A program made the translations under genes and the position numbers. Below the pieces are notes generated by a model, which saw nothing but the letters and a program-made list of their open reading frames with translations, made no database searches and was not told the origin of the DNA. Shown piece after piece: positions 15,821-44,411 of a stretch of DNA of 64,000 nucleotides. Source of the DNA: Amoebidium appalachense (lineage: Eukaryota > Protista > Ichthyosporea); assembly GCA_963693365.1 (NCBI GenBank), contig CAVNZM010000014.1, forward strand, positions 1,674,001 to 1,738,000, in the 5' to 3' direction. How positions within the stretch are numbered: position 1 is the stretch's first letter; the number at the start of each line of letters is the position of its first letter.

Positions 15821-15852
15821 CACGGCCATCTAGGTGTTTCTAGATGGCCGTG
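15821..15852. mobile_element. 32-bp DNA-transposon remnant (13-bp perfect TIRs, 8-bp TSD)
   Basis: GTGTTTAC|CACGGCCATCTAG GTGTTT CTAGATGGCCGTG|GTGTTTAC. The empty site is visible in A1 (~22435) and in copy 1. Confidence 0.9.
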
Positions 15853-16020
15853 GTGTTTACCCAGAAAAAATATTTATGTCAATAAATTCCACAAATAAAA
15901 CCTCTATGAAAAACTACTCCGGGACGTGTGTTGCCTCTAGGGGGACATCCCCTTGGACGAAAGTGAACCTGCAATGGTTGTAAACCACGGCACGAGAGCA
16001 GTATGCTTGCTCCAAAGGTT

Positions 16021-17800
16021 TCACTTAAGAATAGAGGCGAATACACGTGTGGTAGTGGCAGCAATGGAGGCCGGGCGAAGTCGAGTATAGATCAGGAAAC
16101 AGTCGGAGGACCATCTGCCGAGTTGTTTGATCCGGGAGTTGTCGACCCCGGCCTCAGCCAGGGCTGTGGCCCCCCCGATTCGGAGGCTGTGGCCGGCAAA
16201 CCGGGAGGGTGAGAGGCCTGCCCGGGAGAGGACTCGGAGAGCACGGAAGTCGGCAGAGAAAGCACCCTTGGTGTAGGGAATGCCACCGAGACTGAACAGG
16301 GGGTCGTCGGGTTGAGCGGACGTTGTATCCAGGAGCTGCCGGAGGAGATGGGCTGGGGGGAAGTGGGTGAGGGGCAGGGCAGCGAGCGTGACGTTGACAC
16401 CTTGGGCCTGTACATCCGTCTTGGAGGTTGGCAGGTGGAGGGTGGCATGGGACAAAGTACCGGTGGGGGTGTAGCTGAAGGTCACGTCCTTCCTTTTAAT
16501 GTGACGGGACGGGTCGAAGGAAGTCAGGGTCTTGGACTCGGAGGTAAATTCCCCCGAACGGAGGAGACCACGAAAACTGTTATTTTGTGTGGGTAAACGG
16601 AGAAGCAGAGAGCACAGATGGGTGTTATGATATACACAACACAGAGACACACGGGAAAAACACAACCGGAGAGGAGGAACGATTTCTGGAACCATAGGAA
16701 ATGAATACGACTGCTTATGATTTATTTCAAGATGAGGTCCCTTTTATACTTGGGAATGTGAAACGATAAACCAATCAAAAGAACGAAAACTATGAGTGTA
16801 AAATATATCGATTAAAATGTCTGTCGACACATAGAATATAAAACTCAATCCTCTAATGAAAGAAACTTCTAATAAAAGCACGGAAACATTTAATAAAATG
16901 AAACCACTTATGTAACTATTAATTCATAACATACATTTATACATGTTCTTATCATAACACGTCTAAATATAATTATTCCTAATAGTTGAAGAACATAGCA
17001 CAATGCTACGTCGTGGGAAAGGAATGAGAAAGGAATGTAAGTTACTATATTTGGGAAAATACAAACGAGATATGATTGGATGACATATATAGATTTTGAC
17101 GCAAACGACAATACGTGTGCGCGAGCTAAGTATGTCGATACGTACACAGATCTAAGATGTCGTGTACACGGAAATGGAAAGGAAAGAAAGAAATGAAGAA
17201 AGGAAAAGGAAACAAACTACAACAACTAATAAATAAATACAAAACTCAACTTCTAAGTCTTGCTGAGAATCAAGTGAAGATGACAAAAACCGACGATGAG
17301 GACCGTTCATAGTTGGAGATTGGCCGAGGAGGCCTTGGTGGGGCATTGGCCATGGAGTAGGCTGAGGTGGGAGGGCAGGAGGGGCTCCCTGGTAGATGAT
17401 CGGGGCCGGATGTTGTGAGAAAGCTGCCATCTGCCCACCCCTCGTAGGAACCAGGCCAGAGACTTGTCGTGGGGGTAGAGAGCAGGGAGGCCCATGGCGA
17501 GGTGGAGTCTGGTGATGGCCGAATTGTAGCCGGCCAAGGAAGAGGCCTGTACCCCTCGTTGGGCACACCAGGCGAGAAAGAGCTGCACGGTGTGTGGGGA
17601 GGCCGGGAGGTTGGACCCGGAGGAGGACTGCAGCCGAGATGCCACACAAAAATCGATGAACACTTTTTGCACCCGGGAGTAAAAGGCCCGAGAGTCGAGG
17701 TTGAGACTCAGGGCCTGGCATTCCTGCAGGGTACTAGTGGTGGCTCGAAGCAGCTCGGCCGGAGCAAAGTGGGGGGCCAATCTGCCGGCGTTGCTCCGGA
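16021..17800 (-). pseudogene. Ngaro tyrosine recombinase, split by a solo LTR and carrying a premature stop
   Basis: Removing 16578-17290 restores VLIVGF-RGLLRSGEF in frame. SKTD, HSLRIGGAT, GRWSS and IY motifs follow. Premature TGA at 17307-17309. Confidence 0.92.
16578..17285 (-). mobile_element. Solo LTR (708 bp) inserted in the Ngaro YR gene
   Basis: TGTTA...TGACA termini and 5-bp TSD AAAAC (16573-77 and 17286-90). AT-rich, with TATAAAA then AATAAA on the minus strand (~16748, ~16725). Confidence 0.85.
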
Positions 17801-17811
17801 AGGGGAGATCT

Positions 17812-17854
<43 letters not shown>

Positions 17855-17857
<3 letters not shown>

Positions 17858-19538
17858 GCCCAGGGGGTAGGATAGGAACTCGTGGACCCAGGAGGGGAAG
17901 GGGCAGGGCTCCGGTTGCAAGGAAGGTCGGAGTCGTCGGGCTCGGGGAAGTTGGTTACGAGAAATGGCATCGGCTAGATGTTTGAGGGGTCCCGGTAGGT
18001 AGGAGGCCTGTAACGTAAATTGGTATTGCATTTCCATGCGGGTGATGAACCGAATAAGTTTGGCCATCACGGGGTGGGGGGAAGACCGGGAGTGCAGGTC
18101 AGACACAGCACCCGTGTTGTCGCATAAAATACGGACATGGTGGGTGGACCAGGAGGGGGCCCAGAGGGCCACGGCGGCTGCGATGGCCAAGAGTTCGATG
18201 ACGGAGGAACCGAGTTTACCCTCATGAGCATAGAGGGCTTGGGTGGAGGGAGACCAGGGCATGAAAAACCATTGGTCGAGCCAGTGGCCCCCTAGACCCA
18301 CGGATCCGGCAGCATCGGTGGCCAGGGTGGTGTATGTGGGGGGGGTGATAAGGTGCACCCCATTCCATGATGTGAGGAACTGGTGCCATTCGGTTATGTC
18401 TGACCGGGCGGCAGCAGACAGCCGTATGTGGTGGTGCCCGGCAAGGTGTGGGTGTTTTCGGAGAAGGGCCCATAGGCGCTGGGAGAAGGCCCGCCCGGGG
18501 GGGACCAGCTGGGCACACCAGGTGAGTTTTCCGAGGAGGGATTGCAGGTCCCGAATGGTGATGGTGGGTGTTGGGTGGGAAGTGAGGTCGAGTAGGTCCG
18601 AGAGTTTGGAAGCAGGGATCCGTGCCTCCATGGTGACGGAGTCGAATTCGTTACCGATGAAGACGATACGGGTAGCCGGGCCCTGCATCTTGTCTTCGGA
18701 GATGGCAATGTGCAGCTCTCGGCAGAGTTGCAGGAAGGTGGATAGGTGAGGTTGGCACTGCTCTTGGGTGGGGGCGACTATAATCCAGTCGTCTACGTAG
18801 TGGCGGATGAGGGTAACACCGTGCTGGTGTGCCAGCCACTGGAGGGTGGCCGCGATCCGTTCCCAGATGGCTGGGCTAGATTTCAGACCGAAGGGCAGTC
18901 GGGTGTCAACGTAAAATTGCCCCTGCCATTTGAATGCCATTATGTGATGGTCTTCTGGTCGGATGGGCATGTGTTGGAAGGCAGCCTGCACGTCTGCCAC
19001 GGCCATGTAGCAGCCGGGGCCTGCGTCGAGAATGAGCTGGGTGACGTCCCGGGCTCGAATGTACTGAAGTTCGTCGGGGTAGGTGACGCTGTCATTGACG
19101 CTGCTGCCCCGGGGCCATGAGAGGTGGTGGATTCGACGGTACTTGGGGGGGTTCCCTTTTTTAGTAACGGCGCCGATGGGGGGAGGAACGGTGGACCGGA
19201 AATTCGGCGAAGAATTGGTCCGGGGAGAGGGGGCCGCGCAGGTGGCCGAGGGCGACTTCGTTGGCAATATCCGCCGTGATAGCGGCAGCAGCAGCCGGGG
19301 TGGTGGGTAGGTTGGGGCCCACCCGAGAGGTGGAGGGGCCGCGGTAGCCGATGTCGACACCGAATTCGACATCGTGGAGGAGCTGCGCGGCGAATGATTG
19401 GTCTGGGTAGGATGCCAGCAGCTCCCGGAGGCGGGAGGTGTCAATGTGGTGCTGGGGCAGCGGGCGGACCTCCGGGTCTGAGCCTCGGGGGAAGGTGTGG
19501 TTAGCAAGGGTGGGGCACCCTCGGGGAGGTCCCAGCAG

Positions 19539-19637
<99 letters not shown>

Positions 19638-19876
19638 CAGGGCCCCGGGGGGGATAGAGTAGGGCAGCTGGGCCCGAGGGAGGGTTTGCAGGGAGGGCAG
19701 CGGGGCCCTGTGCAGGGGATGCCCGAGCACACGGGGGTGTGGGCGGACACAGAGGTAGAAGAAGGGGGGGGGGGGGGAGTGCTAGGTGAGTGCCAGGGGG
19801 GGGGGGGAGGCTCGTGGGATGGGGGGGGAGTAAAATTATGTGCAGTGGCCAGAATAACGTCTTTGTGTAGAGACAT
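17855..19876 (-). CDS. Ngaro reverse transcriptase / RNase H
   Basis: KYRRIHHLSWP, ADVQAAFQ, RLPFGLKSSP, HYVDDW, QSLLGKL, TDAAGSVG, IELLAI and CDN motifs typical of DIRS-order RT-RH. Confidence 0.93.
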
Positions 19877-19984
19877 TTATTCTTGGCGCGCGCGGGCGCC
19901 GTAGTTGGCCTGCGAAAATTTGTACTCAGCCCTATTGGCCCGTTTTCCCGAGCTCCGTTTCCTTGTACCCGTGTGTCCTAGCTC

Positions 19985-22105
19985 CTAGCCCCTATGTTCT
20001 ATCTGTGTGTGTGCGCGTAGACTAGGCATTGTGCTTGCAGTCTTTGCGGGGGTGTGTGCCAGAGCAGAGCGGGCACACGTGGAGAAGGGGCAGGGCTGCT
20101 TAGCGCAGGACCGACCGTAAATGTGGAAATTCCTGCAGTGCGTCGCGGGTAGATCCACGGGTCGGGCCGGTTTTGCCGGGCCGAGTTGCGGGCCAGGGCG
20201 GTTGGGGGTTTGGGTGGGGCGGCTTGAAGCCGTCAAGACCACAGCCAGGCTTGGGGTACATGGGGCAGGCCGCGCTGGGGTGGTCGGGGAAGCCACACTC
20301 GCTGACATGCGTCCGGGATGAGCAGAGTGGGTGGCAGGAGGAGATCCTGGTGGAGTCGGGCGAGCAGGTTGGGACACTCGATCGGAGCCCGACCCTGCTG
20401 GTGGGCAACGGTATGGGCGTACACGTCATAGTTGTGGATCTGGGCCCACGGGTATCGGGTGCTGAGGCGAGTGATGTGCTGAGTCCAAAGTACGTCCTTG
20501 TCCGTGTGTAAAATTATATAAGTATTTGGGATGTAAGCAGAGACACAGTGGTGCAGTGTGAAAACACCACAGACACACAACAACAAAATACGGAACGATC
20601 GGAGCAGTGTACACAACAGACATCAATGTTTAGACACGACTGAACTCAATTTATTTTGATCTTCGAATAAATACCTGAAATTCCATTAAGTCTAATCCAT
20701 GCATGATTTCCGACCAGTCGGAAATCAGATCTATCTCTAATAGAAACCAATCACTAAGAACCAATTGCTTTCAGAGAGATCTGGTGCGCGGAGACGTACA
20801 CGATAGGACACAGACACTAGTTAAGATCAACTCGTGTCATCATCCAGGAAGTTCTAACCTATGATACACTGCAAAGACTCAGACATATAACACTTATCCT
20901 TGATGATTGGCTAAAGCCCGGCAACACATGAAAACTAAAGTAACTTAATGAAATCTAATCACACATGCTATTCTAAGTGTAGCCTAAGTGTGTTACCGTC
21001 CAATCAACACATATTAAGTAACACAAATCTACCTAACATATATTAGTAGAAAAGAAATACGATTATACACATGAAGACAAGGAGAGAAAGAAAAGAAAAT
21101 AAGGAAGGAGAAAGAGAAAGGAAAAGAGAGCACAGATCAACAAACAAGATAGTAATAGTATAACTATAACCAGAGATATTTATGTACACACAAGCATGTA
21201 CACGTCTCTCCCTGAGTGGGTGGATCCGTGTACACACATATAAATATTCTAATCGATATTACAATACACGATTGGAGCCGATACAACACGATTACAAGTA
21301 TACAAGCATATCGGAGATCGATGCTACACTTTACATAATAGGAGTGTGGCATTTACACTAAGCATATGAACTGAAACATAACACAAACTGAGAAGATCTT
21401 ACCATATGTAAATACTACGTATTACAACACCGTGGGGAGGTCGAGGTGGTGCTTGGCGGCCATGTAGTGGGTCCAAGCTTGGATCCAAATGACGAGTGAA
21501 CGCAGGGGAACGGGTTTGTCATTGCGAAAAGCCTCGATGCTGCCGTCGTCGGCCATGCGCAGCTGCTGGCCTTTCTTGGATGGGGCCAGGAGGGCTGCGG
21601 GGGTGAACTTATACAGGTCGACGAAACGATTGGCGCGCAAATCAGCCAGCACATCCGAGGGGGGAAGCGGCAGTGTGCCCGGCTGAATGTCGCCAGTGTT
21701 CTCACCTGTAATGGGGGGCGCGGGCAGGGCAGGTAGGTCCAGGTCAGGGCCGAGATGCAGTCCCGGGGAAACCTCCCCGGGTGCGGAGGGTGCGGCGGGG
21801 GACGCGGGAGGGTCCCGGTTGGTGAGAGCGGCCAGGACGCCAGCCATCTGGGTGCTGATGGCGGTGAGGGCGGCAAGAACGGCGTCTTGAGAAGTCATCG
21901 GCGGGGACGGCGGGGCCTGAGGAGGGACTTCAGGAGTAGAGGGGAGAGTAGCCGGAGGGTCCGTGGTGGTATGGGCCTCCGGAGGCGCGTCAGGGCCCGC
22001 GGGAGCGTTGGTCAGCCTGTGGCGGAGGTCGCTGCGGGTCAGGCGCTTACTAGTAGGTGCCGCGGCAGGGGCGGTGGCTGAGGCCTGTCGCTTTTTCGGC
22101 GGCAT
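19985..22105 (-). pseudogene. Ngaro gag-like ORF, split by a solo LTR and frameshifted
   Basis: MPPKKRQ...RFVDLYKF...WIQAWTHY..LDLPT joins in frame to DKDVLWTQHI once the insert is removed. A CCHC-like motif (CGFPDHPSAAC) and a CCCH-like motif (CRNFH..C...C) lie in shifted frames. Confidence 0.85.
20507..21429 (-). mobile_element. Solo LTR (923 bp) inserted in Ngaro gag
   Basis: TGTAAAAT...TTACAACA termini and 5-bp TSD CCGTG (20502-06 and 21430-34). AT-rich and non-coding. Excision restores the gag frame. Confidence 0.87.
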
Positions 22106-22553
22106 GCTGACCGGCGGAGAGAAAGATAGGGAGAATGAAAAAGGAATATATAGCTGTAAGGCTGTGGGTGCTAAACACAGAAGATGTGTTTGTAGCTTGC
22201 TGATCTGCTAAAAACTGTCGTGCTTATATACCTAAGGCTACCGATCTGAGCCAATCAAAATCGATCTAGTGTTATGTGAAATCTGATCCGAGCCAATCAA
22301 AACTCGGTCTAGTGATATGTGGAATCTGATGTTTTGATTGGCTAATAGGTGCCCGTGTGCGGGCAGCCAACCGCGAACTGCTAAAACACGAAATGAAGCC
22401 TACATGGTTATGTTGATACCGAACACCCATCCTACGTGTTTACCCAGGAAAAATATTTATGTCAATAAATTCCACAAATAAAACCTAAATACTATAAGTC
22501 GTTTCATTCCGTTTGTGCGGGTTCTCAGATCAACAAGTTGTGTGGGTGTGCTT

Positions 22554-22598
<45 letters not shown>

Positions 22599-23460
22599 TA
22601 CGAATGAAGCCCTGGGTTAGGTATAGGGAGTTTGCTTTGCATAAACCGCAAACAAGCACAGCATTTCATAAAATAGTTTCCAGAATAAAAAAATAAACCC
22701 ACAAACAGCGACCCTATGTATGCCTGGTCCAATATGTGGGGGTGGGGTGGTGGTGGGGGGGAGGGGGGGGGGGGGGGGGGGGGGGGGGTGGGTTGCTGCC
22801 CCTCCCACGGGCTATAGAAGCCTGACGGCCCTACATATATGTCGCTCGAGGTTAAATTGGGCCCCCCTGATTTTACGTCATGCGATGATGTCTCAATCAC
22901 GTGCAAGGGGGCTTCTGTCGTATGAACCATTGTGAGATCACTGTTTTCATTGGACACTTTTCGACAGTTCACCCAAATGCATTTATCTGCAGCATAACGT
23001 CCGTAATAAGTAAAATGAGGTCACACGCCGAGGTGGAGGTCTGTGCTGGTACCATCGAAACTTTAGGTCCCCCTCTCCCCGCTCAGCCCTCCCCCTTCCT
23101 CCAAGGCTTCCCCCCCCCCCCCCCCCCCCCCCGGCTCCCCTTAATGTGCCGTTAATAGCCCAAGGGGAGCTCACTCTGCAGTACTCAGAGATGTGTCTGT
23201 GTGTGCATGTTCGCTGCATGAGTGGCAACCATTCTAGATCTTTCCCGGGCCTTCCGCTACGTATCCGCCCCCCCCCCCCCCCCCTCCCCCCTCCCCCCCT
23301 CCCCCCTCTCCCCCAACACATCCCCCCCGGCCCCCCCTTCCCCCTCCAAACACACTTACACGCACACATATACACATGGACACGCCTACACACAACACAT
23401 ACATGTACATGTACATTTACATGTACACCCACATGCAGTGCATGCTCGCGGCAACCCCAG

Positions 23461-23509
<49 letters not shown>

Positions 23510-24022
23510 TTTGAACCCACGTACAAAAAAAAAACAAAAAAAAAAAAACACATGGGCCAACACACACCACCCTGCTACACTTAATCTACACAATTTCTGC
23601 ATACACATGATATAGCGGTGCACACGCGTGTCACACTGTGTGACACAAACTTTGTGCTTAGTACAAGCATGCCAGCACATGTACATGTCATGGTCTCATA
23701 CAAAAATTGCTGCCCAGCCAGTGAGCTTATAGTAGATCTGCAAGTATGTATGCATTTGCCGTGGTGGGTAATGTTTTTAGAACCATAAGCACAGGGGAAA
23801 AAAGAGGACCTCCCAATGCGGCAGTGGCTGAAGCTCAAGAGAGAGAGGGAGGGAAGGGGGGGGGAAGGTGGGGGGGGGGGGGGGGGGGGGGGGGAGGGGG
23901 GGTGAATAGGCAGCGGGAAATGAACCGAAAGAAACATCATTTTAAGGGGTTTCGGAAAAAACTAAACTGCTTGCATCTCCTATAATTAATTTGCAACACT
24001 TGAATTGGCAGTACAGATGATA

Positions 24023-24055
<33 letters not shown>

Positions 24056-24061
24056 CCTCCC

Positions 24062-24109
<48 letters not shown>

Positions 24110-24689
24110 AAAAAAGGTGCCACGGGAAACTAATATATAAAAAGCTTTCATGAATTAGTGAAATCGTATACACCGTGGTAAATATATACGCACAATGACG
24201 CACACACGCATGCAAAGCCTTTAATTTGTGACAGACACACACGGCGTCGCGTGCCGCACAGACACAGAGACATGCCAAATACGAAAATTCAACCGTAGGA
24301 CTTCTAAACCTTCCTGTACTCCGTGGCTCAGCTATGGCGGTTCACCAACCACTAAGGGTACCATTACGCACCCAGATGCGCCGCAGTATGACATAACAAG
24401 CACTAAAACATCTCTTTTTACTCGGCACAGATAGCATAATCTCGCCACATTGAACAATTAATACGGTACAACATACTAACACACATGATGGTTATATACC
24501 GTCCTAGCACTGACACCTGATCAGCGGTGGTTTACTACGTTTATGTACTGCGCATGCATATCTGATCAAGCAACAACAAGCAGGCATAGATCATAGTATA
24601 CATATCCGTAGTAACACATGATACGTACGGTATTGGCATCAAGCACCTTCGAGCTATTTTTAGTCACGAAGAGCTATTCTTAGACATTG

Positions 24690-28806
<4,117 letters not shown>

Positions 28807-29436
28807 CTTGCCAGCTGCGCAGGTTGCAGCCTCGGACAGGTCGAAAATTCGCTTTCCGTTTTCTCTTTTACTCAAAGTCTAAAAAAGCTAGCAGTACGGT
28901 CGCCTTTAGGACCTTCAAGAGCATCATACCAGATTCTTTGCCCCTGTCTTAGATATGTGCTGCTGTCGGATATGGCATGTTGCATGTGGTGAAAATGTTT
29001 GTAGAAAAGTGCTGCCGGGTGAGTCACGTCTCGGTACGTTATGTCGCAAGAAGTGCAAAAAAAAGTTGATGTTGCTGTTACAGTATACTAGCGGTGCCGT
29101 AAGTTGCTCAACATCCCAATATTTCAATAGCCCTTATTTATGCATCTGTACCTGTCACAATGTATAGTATTCCATGGGGCAGGGCAAATTTTTTTTTTAG
29201 CACGCAGTATACTGCAATGATTCGACCAGCTAGTACTAGTAGCATCGGGGAAAGGGACGGCCCGTGTTATAAATCAAGCAAATTGATGAGACAAGTGGCA
29301 AGGAAGAACTTCATGTGACCGTCGATCACCTCCGAATCTGATTTTTTGGACGCCCTCCGTTGAACTGGCCCAACTGGGCGAGTCCGCATTCCAGACTGTA
29401 AATCTTGAGAAGAGACAATAAAAACATTGCACTATG

Positions 29437-29528
29437 CAGGGTTCGAAGTCACGAAAAAAAATCGGAATTTCCGATATTTGAAAACACAGTTCCGAAAATC
29501 GTCCCGGCCGAATCGGAACGGCCAAGAG

Positions 29529-29572
<44 letters not shown>

Positions 29573-30534
29573 CCCCCGGGGGAGAAGCTTCTCATGACTT
29601 CGCAGGTCTCATCATACACGGGGCATACACCACCCACACAAGCTGCACACGTACGTACGTGTCTCCCTGTCCCTGTAAGAATGTTCAATGGCAGACCCTG
29701 ACTAGAGCGCCAGCCTAGCACATGTACATGTTGTCACACCAAACACATTCATGCACACACCCACGCGCGCGCGCGCACACACATACACACACACAGACAC
29801 ACACACACACATTTACACACACACAGCCGTGACACCTCATATGCATCATAGCCATGCATGGCCACATGAACATACAATGCATATGCCTGGGCATGTATAT
29901 ATAGGCTGGCCTCCACTTCAAAACTCCCCCCCTCCAGAAATCGAACCCCACTCCCCCCTCCTCCGCTGCCCACCGTTCCCTCCACCAGTGCTGCCCCTCC
30001 TTCTCCCCCACCGCCGCTCCGGCCTCCCCCCCCCCCCCCCCCCCCCCCTCTCAGGCGGATCCCCCCCCCCCCCCCCTGTACACCCCCCCCCCCCCCCGGC
30101 GCCCCCCCCCCCTCCCCCTTCCCCCCCAGGAAGGCCTAAACATGGAATGGATCTAGATGCTCAGAGTCGACGGCCACCAGGTGCAGGTGTCACCGCTTGT
30201 ATCACGATCAGTGGCACGCGTCTTAAATGGCAGGCAATACACGCACTGTGCACCACTGTGTTCCGTTCAAAGACACACATGCACCCCACATACACGGCCG
30301 TGACACCACACATGTGGCCTAGGCTAGTACACGTGCACAGGCACATACTATCTCAGATCATGATAACTGTATTACTTAACGTGCACATGCATCCACCCTG
30401 TACAATCACATGCTATGCACCCACCCACCCACACCCACACAAACACACACACACACACACACACACACTGTCACACACACACTTACACTGCACACACACA
30501 CCATGTACACGGCGCACGCACACACACCCCGTGG

Positions 30535-30565
<31 letters not shown>

Positions 30566-30764
30566 ATACACACAAGAAACCGTTGGTACAAACACACACA
30601 CCCACACTGGCATGTACACACACATACACAGACACACACACCCTGCATACATACACACCACACTGCACACACACGTGCACACACATACATACACACACTG
30701 TACATACATACACGCGCACCATAACAATGACACAAAACACACACACACATGCACACAATGTCAT

Positions 30765-30825
<61 letters not shown>

Positions 30826-31758
30826 AACATGTGCACACATGCACACAACATAGACACACACACCGATTACCGCTGACACAAATACACACACCCACACCTG
30901 TACACATACACACAGACACACACATGTACACCGTGCATACTACCCACCACACACACACACACAATTGCAAAGAAAAATACACACACACACACAAACACAA
31001 ACACAACCACCCAACGTGATTCCCCCCCCCCCCCCCCCTCTCCCCCCCCCCAAACATTCGATTTCTGCCTGAGCTTCCCATGTTGCTGCCTCAACTCGAT
31101 CACTCCCCCCCCCCCCCCCCCCCCTCCCCTCCCTCCCTCCCCTCCCCTCCCCCAGAATTTTTAAATAAAAACAAGGGACACTACTTGACGGTTACTAGGT
31201 GCTGGTGTGTTTTCAGAGATCCAATTTATTTGAAAGGGTTGGCAATATACACATTGTGCACCCTGTCCCAGTTTAAGCCAGGAAATCTGCCTGAGCCTTC
31301 TTTTGGGCTGCTGCCTCGGCCACCTGGGCCTTTTCCAGCTGCTCCTTGGCCCCTTCTACAGTCAACGTTAACCCTTCTAGTTTGCCCTCTTTAACTAATT
31401 TCTTAGCCATTTCTTTCTGAAACTTAAGCTCAGCTTTCACGTGCTTCACATCTGCCTCTATATATCCGGCCCATTAATGGCTATCATGAGCTGATTGTGC
31501 ACTGTCTGTCGTCATGCGTGCTTTGAGAAAAGTCTTAATGATATTCACACCAGAGAAGCCACGTTCACTTGTTGCATTACTAATTGGGATTATTCTCACA
31601 ATGTTAACCAACTCAAGTACAACTACTCAAGTTTACTGATGCGCAACGATTACGATTTTTGGTGGGCTTGCTCCGAAGGAGCATTCCGATTTTCGAAGAG
31701 GTTTTCCGAAACGGGATTTCGACTTCCGTTAATTGGCTCCACCGTCCTTAGAACCCTG
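29437..31758 (-). mobile_element. Non-autonomous hAT DNA transposon (2.3 kb)
   Basis: TIRs CAGGGTTCGAAG / CTTAGAACCCTG (11/12 match), perfect 8-bp TSD GCACTATG (29429-36 and 31759-66), subterminal TTCCGA/TCGGAA repeats at both ends, and an internal transposase remnant. Confidence 0.9.
31274..31620 (-). pseudogene. hAT transposase C-terminal dimerisation-domain fragment
   Basis: Manual translation gives VLELVNIVRIIPISNATSERGFSGVNIIKTFLKARMTTDS / HNQLMIAINGPDI, matching the hAT P-x-S-x-A-x-x-ER-x-FS and ING-P pattern. Frameshifted and absent from the ORF track. Confidence 0.85.
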
Positions 31759-32193
31759 GCACTATGTATGTAGCTGGATCTAGATAGGAATGTGGCTCGT
31801 CAACTGAAGTTGGCGCTCAGTAGTCACTCTGACGGTGCTGTCTCCCTGCGGCTTCTTCTTCTTCTTCTTCTTCTTCTTCTTTTTTTTTACGTTGCCGCAG
31901 CGTAGTAAGGCCGGGCCCGGCCACTTACATACTTAATACATACTTACAATACGTACACGTAAGCCAGCAGGTACATAGCCTTGGCCAAGTGAGACTTATA
32001 TTATTTTATCATGCACATTCCACAAAAATAATCGCTTCAGAGGGGGCCAGTCCGGCCAGATCTCGTCGTCGTCCGGCCGTCGCGATCGAGGACTCAGTCT
32101 GATGCAGGTGCCTGCATTGTACGTATACTGTAGTACAAACTTTGTGACTGAAAGGATACAACAAAACAACCAAAACAACTAAAAAAAGTAAGG

Positions 32194-32845
<652 letters not shown>

Positions 32846-33539
32846 ATACTGGCAACGTGACACACACGACACATGACTAAAAAAGATGCAAAGCTGTTGT
32901 TTATAGCCAAATGCGGCAAGCACATCATGCACATGAAAGCGAAGCAAACTAACTGCGACTAACCGAAGAAACCGGAAACCAGAAAGCAACTAAAAACTGT
33001 CGGATCCACTGATGTAGACAATATCGAGAAAAATGGCAGAAAAATCCCCAAAACAGCTTTGCTTGCGCATGTTAGACAGTAAAAAGATAGAGTAATGGTG
33101 GGCCTCATCATGAACATTATTGCCAACATTTATTGTTTTGCCCCCTTCCAAGATCTACTTCTGATTGGTATGTTGTTGATATTCAAGGTCGGTCAGTTGT
33201 GTCACAAAACAGAAAGTCGGAACAAAACTGAACAAAACACAAACAAGGGACTTGTCCCCCGGCCAAAGGAAGCACATAAGCTTACTGGAAGTGTAGATAA
33301 ACCAGAAATCATTTTCAGCCCAAGAAAAGGGGTTTAGTAGCGGTGTGTAACAGAGGTGTAACGCTATACACAGAAAGGCACAACTCCAAAATCTTTCGTT
33401 GGTCATATTGATCACACATGCTTAATTGCCTGTAAATCCGGCCGCAATTGTTTTCTCACGTCTGATCTGCCACACCTAACAAAAACTACCTGTTAACCCT
33501 TCATTCCCTTGACATAAGCCACGTCTCTCTCTCGCCAAC

Positions 33540-44411
<10,872 letters not shown>

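Larger units (their letters stand above)
15288..22486 (-). mobile_element. Full-length Ngaro-type YR retrotransposon, copy 2 (A1-gag-RT/RH-YR-B1-A2-spacer-B2), inactivated
   Basis: A1 22136-22486 matches A2 15507-15903, and B1 15904-15992 matches B2 15288-15376. Split direct repeats without a TSD are diagnostic of Ngaro/PAT-like elements. Confidence 0.94.

Noticed and set aside
16578-21429. Inserts in Ngaro YR and gag interpreted as introns
   Set aside because: The boundaries are TG..CA with 5-bp TSDs, which fits solo LTRs better than GT-AG introns.
14950-24300. Minus-strand host gene spanning Ngaro copy 2 (exon-like pieces at 23690-23737, 23175-23255, 22835-22986 and 15006-15218)
   Set aside because: The splice phases could not be joined consistently and no domain is recognisable. 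Possible but unsupported.
29269-32150. Minus-strand exon-like segments flanking the hAT (29269-29407, 32000-32112)
   Set aside because: No coherent start, donor chain or domain. They may be UTR sequence.
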